From a bacterium (GTDB lineage: Bacteria > RBG-13-61-14 > DATKZS01): a stretch of DNA of 64,000 bases. A program made the position numbers and the translations under genes. Below the pieces are notes generated by a model, which saw only the letters and a list, made by a program, of their open reading frames with translations, searched no databases and was not told where the DNA came from. Every line of letters starts with the position of its first letter. The stretch's first letter is position 1. The stretch is taken from assembly GCA_963674965.2 (NCBI GenBank), contig CAXXFL010000007.1:576001-640000 (forward strand). The letters run 5' to 3'. Positions 46,652 to 57,295 of the stretch are shown one piece after another.

Positions 46652-47128
46652 TTAGGTGTTTTTTCTCGAAATCAGTGAAAGGGCGGTCCTCACGGCCTCG
46701 GCCGGATTGGCCGCCGATATCACGTCGTCGCTTATCTGCCAGCTTCCAAGGGACACCACGGGCTTGCCTATTTTCAGGGCCAGGGCCACCTCGGAAAGGG
46801 TGCCGTATGCCCCGCCCACGGCTATGACCGCGTCGGCCGTTTTCACGATGACGGCGTTCCTGGCCTGGGACATGTCGGTGGCCACGGCGGCCACGATCCA
46901 GGGGTTGGCCGCGTTATGGTCGGGTCCGGGCAGGACGCCGATGGTCAGGCCGCCCGCCTCCTTTGCCCCCTTGGCCGCGGCTTCCATAACTCCTCCCAGC
47001 CCCCCGCAGATGAGGGCCGCCCCCGACTCGGCGATGGCCCGGCCCACGGCCTCGGCTTTCTTGGAAAGCGCCTCGTCGCAGGACCCGGCCCCGCACACGG
47101 CAACGGTCGTTCGTTTTAAGGAAGTCAT
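46652..47128 (-). CDS. TIGR00725-family (LOG/SLOG) protein
   Basis: CGGLGGVMEA, ARNAVIV, GAYGTLSE. Confidence 0.88.
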   Translation of the reverse strand: MTSLKRTTVAVCGAGSCDEALSKKAEAVGRAIAESGAALICGGLGGVMEAAAKGAKEAGGLTIGVLPGPDHNAANPWIVAAVATDMSQARNAVIVKTADAVIAVGGAYGTLSEVALALKIGKPVVSLGSWQISDDVISAANPAEAVRTALSLISRKNT

Positions 47129-47150
47129 GACTCCCCCTTTTCTCGTCTTT

Positions 47151-48401
47151 CTATTCCAGTTTCTTTTTCGTCTTTTGCTCGCCTATCTTGATAAGGGTTC
47201 CACCCACCATGCGGTAATGGTACTCGAAAACGTCCGCCGTAACCTCGCCCCCCTTGGCGCTGGGGTTGTGAGTTTCCTCGATCTTGACGATGATTTCCTT
47301 GATCCCGTCTCCCGTCCGGTCCTCGGTATCGATGGAAAGGGACGCGTTATCATAAGCGCCGGTTTTGTCCAGCCGGTACTGTTTGAAACCGAGTATATTG
47401 AGGAACTTCAACTTTCCGCCTTCGATAGCGTGGAAGAAGATGGTCCCGTCGGTCCCGATCTCCGGTTCGGGCACGTCGCCGTAAATGGAGGACGCTACTA
47501 CGGTTGTTTTATCGTCAAGGATTAAACCCCATACCTCCGCTTTCCCAAGTGACGGAGAAGCAAGAGGCTTTTCGGAAAGCGAGGCCGACGAGGTCGAGCC
47601 GTCAAGGGCGATTGAAATTCTATAGTCGAAGGCGTCTTTAACTTCTTCAGACTTGGCGGACATAAGGCGGACTTCCATTTTTCCTCCGCCTCCGGCCAGT
47701 TCGACTTCCTTTTTCACGTCAACCTGGTCGCCGGGCAGTACCAGCTTGACCACCAGAAAACCCAGAACGCCGAGGACGGCCATTAAAATCATGAACCATT
47801 CGATATATTTGTCCATGAACTCCCGGGTTGACATGTTAAGGTATTTTTTAGTGTACTTGTCCCCGTACTTGATCACAACGGCCTCGGCCATGAAGCGAAG
47901 GCCCCGGCTGAATATCGAGCCCGCCACGAACACTGGGAAGTTCACCGCCGCCACTCCCGCCGATATGGTGAAGACCTTGTAAGGAAGGGGCGTCATGCCG
48001 GCGACCATAATGATGGCGAAGTTGTATTCCTCGAACCATTGCCGGAAAATCACGTACTTGTCCATGAACCCGTAGAACTCGATGATGGGTATTCCTATCG
48101 AGTCGAACAGGGCCCAGCCGATGAGGTACCCGAGCATTCCTCCCAGCACGGAGGTAACGAAGGTGATGAACCCGAACCTGATGGCCCTGTCCGGCCGGGA
48201 CGCGCACATGGGTATGAGGAGCACGTCCGGGGGGATGGGAAAAAAGGACGACTCGGCGAAGGACAGGACGCCGAGCATGGGCGCGGCGTAGGGCGTGTCG
48301 GCCCAATGCATGACCCACTCGTAGAGCCGCCTGAACCACCGAACGAGAAAGAAGCCTTTTTTGTCTTGTGACGTTTCCGCGTTTTCAGTCTTGCCAGCCA
48401 T
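47151..48401 (-). CDS. YqaA/DedA-family membrane protein with a long C-terminal extension
   Basis: [16 protein letters not shown] and [10 protein letters not shown] motifs, then about 190 aa soluble tail. Confidence 0.82.
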   Translation of the reverse strand: MAGKTENAETSQDKKGFFLVRWFRRLYEWVMHWADTPYAAPMLGVLSFAESSFFPIPPDVLLIPMCASRPDRAIRFGFITFVTSVLGGMLGYLIGWALFDSIGIPIIEFYGFMDKYVIFRQWFEEYNFAIIMVAGMTPLPYKVFTISAGVAAVNFPVFVAGSIFSRGLRFMAEAVVIKYGDKYTKKYLNMSTREFMDKYIEWFMILMAVLGVLGFLVVKLVLPGDQVDVKKEVELAGGGGKMEVRLMSAKSEEVKDAFDYRISIALDGSTSSASLSEKPLASPSLGKAEVWGLILDDKTTVVASSIYGDVPEPEIGTDGTIFFHAIEGGKLKFLNILGFKQYRLDKTGAYDNASLSIDTEDRTGDGIKEIIVKIEETHNPSAKGGEVTADVFEYHYRMVGGTLIKIGEQKTKKKLE

Positions 48402-49035
48402 GCGCGCCTTTCAATTCCACGAAGCGGTAGGGCCCGATGTTTTTGGTCTCGAGCTTTCCGCCTTTTTTGACTCCCACGATCATGTTTTGAGAGTTCTGGT
48501 CCCCGACGGGGATGACGATCCTGGCCCCTTCCTTGAGCTGGTCCACCAGGGGGCCGGGTATTGATGGTCCTCCCGCCGTTACTATGACGCCGTCAAAGGG
48601 AGAGTGTTCCCGCCACCCGAGGGTGCCGTCTCCCACCTTGATGGCCACGTTATGATACTTAAGCTCGTCAAGTATCCTCCTGGCCCCGGAGGCCAGGTCC
48701 CTTATCCGCTCGACCGAGTAGACCCACTCGCAAAGCTCGGCCAGGATCGCCGCCTGATAGCCCGAACCCGTGCCCACCTCGAGCACTATCTCGTGGCCCT
48801 CCAGGCCCAGGGCCTCGGTCATCCGGGCCACCGTGTAGGGCTGGCTGATGGTCTGGCCCTCCCCTATCGGCAGCGGCGTGTCGTCGTAAGCCTGGTGCCG
48901 AGCGTGCTCGGGCATGAACAGATGACGCGGGACCTTGCGGAAGGCCTCGAGCACGCGGGGGTCCTTGACTCCCCTCCGCTCGATCTGGGAGCGGACCATC
49001 TTTTCCCTCCGGCCCGACCGGCCGCCTACTTCCAT
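48385..49035 (-). CDS. pcm: Protein-L-isoaspartate O-methyltransferase
   Basis: [25 protein letters not shown]. Confidence 0.95.
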   Translation of the reverse strand: MEVGGRSGRREKMVRSQIERRGVKDPRVLEAFRKVPRHLFMPEHARHQAYDDTPLPIGEGQTISQPYTVARMTEALGLEGHEIVLEVGTGSGYQAAILAELCEWVYSVERIRDLASGARRILDELKYHNVAIKVGDGTLGWREHSPFDGVIVTAGGPSIPGPLVDQLKEGARIVIPVGDQNSQNMIVGVKKGGKLETKNIGPYRFVELKGAHGWQD

Positions 49036-49802
49036 GGAGCGCCCTGGCCGTTGAAGTTAATCCTGTCCCGAAGCCAGTCCATGGCGCAGTCGTGGGTCTG
49101 GTCCAGGGTCATGGGGGTTACCGAGATGAACCCGCGCCCCACGGCCACGATATCGGACTCGGGTATGTTCTCGCCTCCCACCGCCGCTCCGGTAAAGACG
49201 TAGTAAACCTTGCCGTCCTCACCCACCGTCTCCGCGATGGAACCCTCGTAGTTGCGCTTGCCCATCGTGGTTACCTTGACCCCCTTTATACCGTCGGCGG
49301 GAAGATCGGGCAGGTTGACGTTGAGGAAAGAGCGGGGCGGCATGACGTGCCTTGAAAGGGCCTTGGCCAGATTGACGGCGAACCGGGCCGCCGGGCCGAA
49401 GTCGGGGGCGTCGCTGAAGGTCTCGAGAGATATGGCGAAGGCGGGAATATCTAAAAGCGCCGCCTCCCTGGCCGCTCCCGCCGTGCCCGAGTAATGCACG
49501 TCGCAGGCCAGGTTGGCCCCCTTGTTAATGCCCGAGACAATGAGGTCGGGAAGGCCGTCCTTGACCAGGTGCTTGATCGCCAAGTGGACCGTGTCCACCG
49601 GCGTTCCCGAGACAGCCCACCTCTTGTCGCCCCGAGGCTCGACGGTAAGGGCGCTTTTAAAGGAGATGGAATGACTCGAGCCGCTGCGCTCCGAGTCGGG
49701 GGCCGCCACCATTACCTCGGCGTCCGTCTCGGAAAAAGCGGCCTCCAAAGCCGCTATGCCGGGGGCGTCGATGCCGTCGTCGTTGGTAAGAAGTATTCTC
49801 AA
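49026..49802 (-). CDS. surE: 5'/3'-nucleotidase SurE
   Basis: [27 protein letters not shown]. Confidence 0.95.
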   Translation of the reverse strand: MRILLTNDDGIDAPGIAALEAAFSETDAEVMVAAPDSERSGSSHSISFKSALTVEPRGDKRWAVSGTPVDTVHLAIKHLVKDGLPDLIVSGINKGANLACDVHYSGTAGAAREAALLDIPAFAISLETFSDAPDFGPAARFAVNLAKALSRHVMPPRSFLNVNLPDLPADGIKGVKVTTMGKRNYEGSIAETVGEDGKVYYVFTGAAVGGENIPESDIVAVGRGFISVTPMTLDQTHDCAMDWLRDRINFNGQGAPWK

Positions 49803-49994
49803 TTCTCTCTCTCTTCATCCATCGCAAAATATCTATATTATCGCCCCTGTCTCCGGCCAGTCAAGGAAGGCCGCCGCGGGCCGCGGCCTTTAAAACGGGG
49901 CCCGGCCGGTTTTTTAAATACCGCCGCCCTGGGGGACGGATTAATACGCCGCCCGGCGGGCCAACTCTTACGCTCTGAAAGAGAAAAAAATGAA

Positions 49995-50741
49995 ATCTGG
50001 GGACAGCATACTTAATTGTTGACATACATCTTCCTCTGTTGCAAAATTTTACCATGGTCAGGATGGCGAGAGCCGTTGTTCCTCACGCGCCCCACCAGGT
50101 TACCCAGCGGGGCAACAGGAGACAGCAAACGTTTTTCACGGGCGAAGACTACGAGGCGTACGTCTCCCTCATTTCCGAGTGGGCCCGAAAGCGCGGCGTC
50201 GAGGTTTGGGCCTATTGCCTGATGCCCAACCACGTCCACCTCATAGCCGTGCCCGAAACCGAGGACGGCCTGCGACTGGCCATCGGGGAGGCCCATCGGC
50301 GCTACACCCGCATGATTAACTTTCGCGAGGGATGGCGCGGACACCTCTGGCAGGGCCGTTTTGCCTCCTATGTCATGGATGAAATACACCTTATGGCCTG
50401 CGCCCGCTACGTCGAGATGAACCCCGTCCGAGCCGGTCTCGTCGATTCTCCCCAGGCCTGGCGCTTCTCGAGCGCCTCGGCCCATCTCATGGGCAAGGAC
50501 GACGAATTAGTCAAAGTATCCGGCTTGTTAGACAAGGTACCACATAAATGGGAGGACTTTTTGAATCTGCCCGTAATTGGCTCCGAGGTATCGCGAATAA
50601 AAACGCACGAGCGCACCGGGCGCCCCCTCGGGGAAAAGGACTTCGTCGCGGGACTCGAGACCGCCCTCGGCCGCCGCCTCTCCCCCCAAAAGCCGGGCCC
50701 AAAACCCGAAAAGAAGTGAGTTAAGTATGGTGTCCCCAGAT
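49995..50741 (+). mobile_element. RAYT/Y1 transposase element bounded by 21-bp inverted repeats
   Basis: ATCTGGGGACAGCATACTTAA (49995-50015) and TTAAGTATGGTGTCCCCAGAT (50721-50741) match at 20/21. Confidence 0.75.
50054..50719 (+). CDS. REP-associated tyrosine transposase (HUH, Y1_Tnp)
   Basis: HQVTQRGNRRQ, YCLMPNHVHL (HUH), HLWQGRF, RYVEMNPVRAG. Confidence 0.9.
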   Translation: MVRMARAVVPHAPHQVTQRGNRRQQTFFTGEDYEAYVSLISEWARKRGVEVWAYCLMPNHVHLIAVPETEDGLRLAIGEAHRRYTRMINFREGWRGHLWQGRFASYVMDEIHLMACARYVEMNPVRAGLVDSPQAWRFSSASAHLMGKDDELVKVSGLLDKVPHKWEDFLNLPVIGSEVSRIKTHERTGRPLGEKDFVAGLETALGRRLSPQKPGPKPEKK

Positions 50742-50842
50742 CTCCCCAGATCTCAAATATGGGGGCGGTAGAAACTCGTGGGAAAATATTCTAACAGACA
50801 CCATTTTCCCGAAAAATTAATTATCGTAATAGGAGGAAAATA

Positions 50843-51961
50843 ATGTTTATCAAAAATATATTAATATATTTTATTCTATTGGTCATTTCATTTATATTTC
50901 CATATTATGCGCACGCCGCCACTTATTACGTTCTCCTTGGAAGAGATAGTCCTTATCCGCATAATGTCCACGCTGACGGAAGCGCGACAGCCATATATAA
51001 AATAGACTCAAATTTCGACGTAGATCTCATTAGTATTAATGATTACTCTAATTATTATATAGACTTGATAGATTTTGACAAACAGGATTATATTATTAAT
51101 AATATTGGTAATAAATTTGTAAATTGCCGTTCATATATAATAAATGATGCCGATAAAAATTACATTGAAAACTTCATTAAATCAGCTGATAATATTTTTA
51201 AAAATAATTCCGGCCTAAAATATGCAAATAACGACGATGATTTCTGGTGGGATATAAAAACCATAATTAAAGTTGACAATAATAAAGTGATGGCTTTTGA
51301 GTATTGGAAAGCACGTTATTCCATCGAGGCAAACATTAAACTGAATAAGGAAGATGTTCAAATGCTGGAATCTATAAATGAAGCGATTTTCCAGCTACGT
51401 GAGAATATTTACTTTTCCGATACATCCAAGAGCAAATTGGGAGATCCCGAAGATCAAGTGATAACTGAATTAACGACGTTGTTTAGAAATGTCATCGATA
51501 TGTATGAAGATGAATATATTATTGATAGGCAATTTACGGACGTCGCGTGCTTTTATGCAATGTTGATGCTAACTCAGCAAAAAATATTGCCTGATGTATT
51601 CCTTAATCCATCATTGAGAAACTGCCTAGGGAATATTGTAAGTTATTCATTTTCAAGAGACAGAGAATATATTCTATATTTTTATTTTGATGATAAACCC
51701 GGCATGTATTTACAGGCCGTAGGAAAAGCCGGCTATGGATTTATAAATTCATGCGGGCATGATATGAATGATGCATGTAGAGATCATCTACGGTCCATTA
51801 AACTTATGTACCTTTATGGAACCCATGATAAAATTATTGAATTAGATAGACTTATATCTCCTGATATCTATTATAATGATACTGGGGAACTTGCCGCTGA
51901 GCTCAACTCATTTAAAAAGAAGATCAATAAAGAGAAATATGGAATAACGTTTGATGAATAG
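50843..51961 (+). CDS. AT-rich secreted hypothetical protein
   Basis: AGGAGG RBS, signal peptide ending AHA, 372-aa open frame in low-GC DNA. Confidence 0.7.
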   Translation: MFIKNILIYFILLVISFIFPYYAHAATYYVLLGRDSPYPHNVHADGSATAIYKIDSNFDVDLISINDYSNYYIDLIDFDKQDYIINNIGNKFVNCRSYIINDADKNYIENFIKSADNIFKNNSGLKYANNDDDFWWDIKTIIKVDNNKVMAFEYWKARYSIEANIKLNKEDVQMLESINEAIFQLRENIYFSDTSKSKLGDPEDQVITELTTLFRNVIDMYEDEYIIDRQFTDVACFYAMLMLTQQKILPDVFLNPSLRNCLGNIVSYSFSRDREYILYFYFDDKPGMYLQAVGKAGYGFINSCGHDMNDACRDHLRSIKLMYLYGTHDKIIELDRLISPDIYYNDTGELAAELNSFKKKINKEKYGITFDE

Positions 51962-52350
51962 TAGGACTTCTAATTATTTTCTTAAAAGCCCTTTTATTAA
52001 CGGCAACCACATACACCTTATCAACTCCAGCATTGAGACACTTCTCGATGTTCTGATGGATTTGTTTCTTCGAGTTCTTGCCTGTCTCGATTTCAAAGGC
52101 GATCTTCTTACCGTTAAGATAGGCAACCAGGTCAATGGATTTGTCCTTTGTTTTCATTCTAAACAGCCACCTCCTCTTTTACTTTGGCTCCCTGCTTAAT
52201 CAAGTCCTTCTTGATCTTATCCTTCCAGTATTCGTGCTCGGCTCCTGCGTTTATCTTACGTTCAGGAACATTCCATCCTTTTTCTCGAAGATAACTCCTT
52301 CCTTTTTCAGTTAAAGAGAGAATCTTCTTTCTAACGATCCCTTCTGAAAT
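51924..52350 (-). pseudogene. Frameshifted fragment of a PD-(D/E)XK-like domain
   Basis: LTEKG...HEYWK...EEVAV | MKTKDKSIDLVAYLNGKKIAFEIETGK; removing one T near 52160 joins the two ORFs. Confidence 0.55.
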
Positions 52351-52556
52351 TTGATCTTCTGAAATTGTATTTCCATTTTGAACGTAGTCGTCAGACCAGT
52401 AGGGGCATATATCGGCGAAGACTTTATCTTGGACAATGATAATAATTACTCTTGTTTTCATCATATCATTCTCCTTCCCGCGCCTTCGGCGCCCAGATTG
52501 CGAAGCTATCCGGCCCATCCCCCACCCCAGTCAGGCGCTCGCCATGCGAGCGAATT

Positions 52557-53636
52557 TTATTTATCCGGTCCGCCGGTTTTGGTCCATTCCTGGGTCAAGT
52601 CCCTGAAGTTTTTCATGGAGAGGGGGAGGTATTTCACGCTGACCTCATCGGACACGGTCTGGGCGAACTTTTCGACCGCGCCGGATAAAAAGCTCATGGA
52701 GCTCGGGATGAAGGCCGCCACGTTGACCCGGCTCTTGAGCGTGTAATCCACCACCAGGTAAGGGTAGTCCTCCTGGATGTTCCAGTTCGCGTCCGTCTGC
52801 TTCACCGGGCACTCCTCGGCCATGTTGGCCACCACCTCGTTGTAGATCTTCAGGATATCCTCGTCCGAGACCTCGTAATTGCCCTTGGAGTCCTTGGTCT
52901 GGAAATAAGGATGCAGCCGGCAGGCGTCGATGAACTTCTCGTCCGACTTGTCCCGGCCCTCCTTGACGGGCTTGAGGCGGGCCAGGGCGTCCTGCATCTC
53001 CTTTTCAGTGGGCATGCGGCAGGTAAAGGTCCGCTTGGCGTCGTCCTTCCAGAACACCAGGGGAACGTTAACCGCCTGGGTGATGCCGAAAAAGGAGCCC
53101 TCCGTCTGCAGCACCGTGTACATCTTCTCGTCGCCCTCGTTATATAGTCCGATCGAGTAGTTGTAGGTGTGGAAGAGGTTCTCGATGCCGTTGGCGTCGG
53201 TCAGCCAATCCCAGTACTTGGCCTGGGGCGAGAGGAAAAGGACCTTGAGCTGCACCCCGTCGGTCTGGTATTCCTTGTAGATAACGTAACTGCCCTGGTT
53301 GACCTCGTCGATCATCTTGTCCAGCATGGCCTCGTCGGAAATACCGAAGAACGATTTCGAGTACTCCTTGAGCCTCGCCCGGTCGGCGTCGGTCACCTTG
53401 AAGTCGTATTTTCCCTTCTCCTTGTCGAAGATGACGGAAAGGTAGTCGCCCTTATCGTCCAGTTTCTTCTCCGACTTGTTCTTGATCTCGTCCCGGAACT
53501 TACGCCTCTGCTCGATGAACTCGGACGCGCTGACCGTGGCCGCTATAAAGGCGGCGAAGAAGAACGCTACGGCCAACCGCGTGAGCGCGCTTTTTATTTT
53601 TTGGTTATTACCCTTGTCCATATTTTTAAACTTCAT
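52557..53636 (-). CDS. Secreted hypothetical protein
   Basis: GGAGGT RBS, signal peptide, host-like codon use. Confidence 0.7.
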   Translation of the reverse strand: MKFKNMDKGNNQKIKSALTRLAVAFFFAAFIAATVSASEFIEQRRKFRDEIKNKSEKKLDDKGDYLSVIFDKEKGKYDFKVTDADRARLKEYSKSFFGISDEAMLDKMIDEVNQGSYVIYKEYQTDGVQLKVLFLSPQAKYWDWLTDANGIENLFHTYNYSIGLYNEGDEKMYTVLQTEGSFFGITQAVNVPLVFWKDDAKRTFTCRMPTEKEMQDALARLKPVKEGRDKSDEKFIDACRLHPYFQTKDSKGNYEVSDEDILKIYNEVVANMAEECPVKQTDANWNIQEDYPYLVVDYTLKSRVNVAAFIPSSMSFLSGAVEKFAQTVSDEVSVKYLPLSMKNFRDLTQEWTKTGGPDK

Positions 53637-53756
53637 TTTACACCTCCACTTTTTTTCCCAAGCCTCCGGGACGGGCCTTCCCTCTCGGGGCCGGAGTTTT
53701 CAAAATACAACACTTTATCGCCAATTGAAACACAAGCGTATCGTAAATTTTTCCTT

Positions 53757-55667
53757 TTACCGGCCTCCGCGGCCGTCCGTCTCCTGGAGGGGAGGAAGGC
53801 TTACCTCCACCCTCGTTCCCTCCCCCGGTTTGCTCGAGACCTTCAGCTCTCCCCCGTGGGACTTGACTATGCCGTAGGCGATGGACATGCCCAGGCCCGT
53901 GCCCTTACCCACCTCCTTGGTGGTGAAGAAGGGCTCGAAGGCCCGGGCCATCTCCTCCTCGCTCATGCCCCGGCCCGTGTCCGAGATGGACACGACCACC
54001 CCGCCGTCCTGCACCCCAGTGGCCACGGCCAACTCGCCCGAGTCGCCCATCGCCTGGATCGCGTTGACGAACAGGTTCATGAAAACCTGGGCCAGCTCGC
54101 CCGAGTTGGCCATGACCCGAGGCGTTTCCGAGTACTCCCTTTTCAACTCGATGCCCTTTTTCAGCTCGTGACCCAAAAGCATGAGGGCCGTCTCGATGGG
54201 CTCGCGCACCTCGATGGGCTTTCCCGGTCCCTTGTCCTTCCTCGAGAAAGCCGACAGGCCCATGACGATGTCCTTGGTCCTTTTCGCGCCTTCCCGGGTG
54301 CTCGCGACCAGCTTGTCCATGTTGGAGAGGGCCCTGGCAAAGGACTCCTCATCCCCCTCCCGGTGGGCCTTTTGCAGGACCGCCAGGTATTTCTCGAAGT
54401 GGTCCGTGTTGGCGTAGATGTAGCCCACGGGGTTGTTGATCTCGTGGGCCACGCCCGCCACCAACTGTCCGAGTCCGGCCATCTTCTCGGACTGGATCAG
54501 CTTGGCCCGGGCCTCGTCCTTCTCGATGAGGGCTTCCTTCAACTCGCGGGTCCTCTCCTCGACCTTCCGCTCGAGCCCGCGGGAGAACTCCTGGATGGAC
54601 TCCTCCTTTTCCCTGAGCGCCCGAGCCATCGAGTTGAAGCCCTCCGTGACCAGCCCGAACTCGTCGTTGGCCCGGACCGGAATCTGGACGGAGAGGTTTC
54701 CGCTCCTGACCTTTTCCATGCCGCCTTTCACGCGGCCGAGGGGACCGGACACGCTCCTGGCCACGTACATGGCCAGGAGGCCGGCCAACCCCACGCCGGT
54801 GGCGACCAGGAAGAGGTTGAACAAAAGCAGGTTCCCCAGCACCTCCTCGGGCGGCTTGAAGGCCAGCTCCGCCGCCCGCTGATAACTTAGCACCCCGATG
54901 AGGATTAAAGGGACCGTTCCCACCAGTCCGAAGATGACGATCAGCCGGTACTTGACCGGCACTATCATCGAGTCGTCCACCGCGGTGATCTTGCCGGTGG
55001 GAAAAAAGCCCGGAAGCTCGCGCTCCCAAACCTGCTCGACGGCGAAAAAGATCGCGGCCGATATCATGCCGCCTAATAGCGCCGCCAGTCCCACGCCCTT
55101 GGCCGACTGGACGATGAAGGTCCAGTACATCTTCATGCTCGAGCCTTTATTAAGTATTTGTTCGGCCAGGATATCTCCCGACCCGGGGGAGGACATGTAG
55201 GAGGTGGCGTTTATCGTGGCCTGGGCGTGAAGCGCGTTCCACACGCCATAGGCGATGGCCACGCCCAATATGGCCCAGCCGAAAAGGGAGCCGCCCGCGC
55301 ATACCATGGGAAACCTGAGCGCCTTCCTCCTCAGGTGGATTATCCTGCCGCCGCCCACGCTTTCCTCGAGGGGAGACATGCCCGGCCTCTTGACCACCCG
55401 GAGGTATTCCATGATGGACCTCGAGTACAGGTGGGCGATCAGGACGCCGGCCGCCGCGGGAATAAAGGAGATGGCCAGGGTCTCCCAGCTCTTGACGAAA
55501 CGCATCCTGGAAAGGGAAGACACGTCTATGACGGTGAGGAAAAGATACATCAGAAGCCCGCCCGCCAGGTTGACGGCGAACACGAGCAAATGCACGCGCC
55601 AGGCGATGAGCCGCCCGGTAAGGGATACCTCGCGGCCGCCGGGGGAACGGGGGACGGGGGCCGCCAT
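53757..55667 (-). CDS. Membrane sensor histidine kinase with HAMP domain
   Basis: Multiple TMs, HAMP, H-box VAHEINNP, N-box QVFMNLFVNA, G-boxes DTGRG and GTGLG. Confidence 0.92.
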   Translation of the reverse strand: MAAPVPRSPGGREVSLTGRLIAWRVHLLVFAVNLAGGLLMYLFLTVIDVSSLSRMRFVKSWETLAISFIPAAAGVLIAHLYSRSIMEYLRVVKRPGMSPLEESVGGGRIIHLRRKALRFPMVCAGGSLFGWAILGVAIAYGVWNALHAQATINATSYMSSPGSGDILAEQILNKGSSMKMYWTFIVQSAKGVGLAALLGGMISAAIFFAVEQVWERELPGFFPTGKITAVDDSMIVPVKYRLIVIFGLVGTVPLILIGVLSYQRAAELAFKPPEEVLGNLLLFNLFLVATGVGLAGLLAMYVARSVSGPLGRVKGGMEKVRSGNLSVQIPVRANDEFGLVTEGFNSMARALREKEESIQEFSRGLERKVEERTRELKEALIEKDEARAKLIQSEKMAGLGQLVAGVAHEINNPVGYIYANTDHFEKYLAVLQKAHREGDEESFARALSNMDKLVASTREGAKRTKDIVMGLSAFSRKDKGPGKPIEVREPIETALMLLGHELKKGIELKREYSETPRVMANSGELAQVFMNLFVNAIQAMGDSGELAVATGVQDGGVVVSISDTGRGMSEEEMARAFEPFFTTKEVGKGTGLGMSIAYGIVKSHGGELKVSSKPGEGTRVEVSLPPLQETDGRGGR

Positions 55668-56446
55668 TATTTCACTCCTCGCGCCCTCTCGGCCTCCTTG
55701 ATCCTGGCCTCCTCGGCCTTGGCAAAGGAATTCTTCGAATCCAGGGCGAGGGCGCGGTCGATATATTTTCTTGCTTCCTTGACGTCCCCTTCATTCCTGT
55801 AGCTGGCGGCCATCCAGATGAGGGGCGTCGGGTCCTCGGGCATAAGCTGGGAGGCCCTTTTCAAATGGCCCCTTGCCCGGTCCGTGTCCCCTCCCAGGAA
55901 GCGGGGTATGAACATGTAGTAGACGCCCAGACCCAGCTCGGCGTCACCGCTGGTCGAGTCTATCTCGAGCGCCCGCCTGTACTCAGCGGCCACCGGCGAG
56001 TCGCGCAGCACGGCCTTGCTGAGCTCGGGGAGGGGAAAACGCGAAAGACGCACCTGGTAAACCCGCCCCAGCAGTACGTGCTCCTCCGCGCTTTGCGGCC
56101 CGCGGGTTATGGCGGACCTGGCGTAGGCCTCCGCCTGGTCCAGGGCCCGGGTGGCCTTGGCCTCGTCACGACCCGCCCAGTAGCTGTACTGGGCCAGGTA
56201 GAGCCGGGCCAGCTCGTAATCGCACTCGAGGCGAGGAGCGTTGATCGAGCAGTAGTTGACTAAAAGCTCCTCCGCCTGCTCGAGTTTCCTTACGTCGAGG
56301 TTTTTCTCGCCCTCGTCGATGAGGGCCACGGCCTTCTCGAAGTTGCTGGTCCCGGCCCGGGCGTGGACGGGCATCAAACCCGCCGCCGCGGCCAGAATTA
56401 GCATGTAGGCCAGAAGATTTCGAGCAATGTTTTTCGTTACACTCAT
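55667..56446 (-). CDS. Secreted TPR protein
   Basis: Signal peptide and TPR-like helices; TAATG coupling to the kinase. Confidence 0.75.
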   Translation of the reverse strand: MSVTKNIARNLLAYMLILAAAAGLMPVHARAGTSNFEKAVALIDEGEKNLDVRKLEQAEELLVNYCSINAPRLECDYELARLYLAQYSYWAGRDEAKATRALDQAEAYARSAITRGPQSAEEHVLLGRVYQVRLSRFPLPELSKAVLRDSPVAAEYRRALEIDSTSGDAELGLGVYYMFIPRFLGGDTDRARGHLKRASQLMPEDPTPLIWMAASYRNEGDVKEARKYIDRALALDSKNSFAKAEEARIKEAERARGVK

Positions 56447-56677
56447 TTTTCGCCGATTCCCGGAAATTATATGAGCAAAGGCCGTTCCAACCGGACAAAA
56501 AGTTTCGTCTTTGCGTTAAAAGTGTTTAAGTGACTGATAAATAAAGTATATATAATTGCCTTTGCCATGATTCCGAGGCGGTTACGGCTTGGATCGAGAA
56601 AAAGGAGCAACTCTCCATGGCGCCAAGATATAATATTTTCTTGCGTTTTTCCAGGGCCTTCGGATAAGGCCGTCCGG

Positions 56678-57295
56678 TCAGTTGGCCTTATGCCCCATGC
56701 CCACCTCGAGGAAGTGCTTGAGTATCTTCGCCGTTGCCCCCCACACCGTGTACCCCTTGATCCTGTAAAAATAAACCGGATAATCGTCGCTTCCCTTTTT
56801 CCAGTTCTGTACGGTCAGGTTTTCCGGCTTCATGAACTCGCTGAGGGGAAGGATGAGTATCTCCGCTATCTCCTCCTCCTGGGGTGTGAACTCGATGGGG
56901 TAAGGAATGACGCCCACGTAGGGCCGGATGCGAAACCCGGTGATGGTGATTTTATCGTCGAGCCTGCCCAGCACCCTGACCTTGCCCGCGGGCACGCCTA
57001 TCTCCTCCTCCGTCTCGCGCAAGGCCGTGTACTCGAGGTCCGGGTCGTCCTCCTCGTAGTGGCCGCCGGGAAAGGATATCTCGCCCTTGTGGTGCTCGAC
57101 CTTGTCCGTGCGCCTGGTCAGAACCACGTGCCACTTGCCGTCCTTCTTGAGGATGGGAATGAGCACCCCCGCTATCTTCATGCCCTCAGGGTCGATCCGC
57201 CTCGGTTCCCAGGCCGCCAGGGCCGACTTGATCTCCGACTCCTCCGGCTCCCGAGAGTTTCCTCCCCCATCCGTCCTGTTTATAGATTCATCCAT
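56678..57295 (-). CDS. Nudix hydrolase (CoA pyrophosphatase, NudL-like)
   Basis: LTRR...HKGEISFPGG, ALRETEEEIG, VWGATA; probable start at 57295. Confidence 0.9.
   Translation of the reverse strand: MDESINRTDGGGNSREPEESEIKSALAAWEPRRIDPEGMKIAGVLIPILKKDGKWHVVLTRRTDKVEHHKGEISFPGGHYEEDDPDLEYTALRETEEEIGVPAGKVRVLGRLDDKITITGFRIRPYVGVIPYPIEFTPQEEEIAEILILPLSEFMKPENLTVQNWKKGSDDYPVYFYRIKGYTVWGATAKILKHFLEVGMGHKAN

Noticed and set aside
46652-47128. SLOG-family gene as a partner of the SIR2 gene (Thoeris-like)
   Set aside because: It is the housekeeping TIGR00725 gene in the surE operon, 10 kb away, with native composition.
53169-54890. Long alternative ORFs such as the 573-aa + strand frame (also 58175-59578, 42573-43799, 4915-5907)
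   Set aside because: Antisense or off-frame shadows of well-supported genes, expected in GC-rich DNA; no recognisable motifs.
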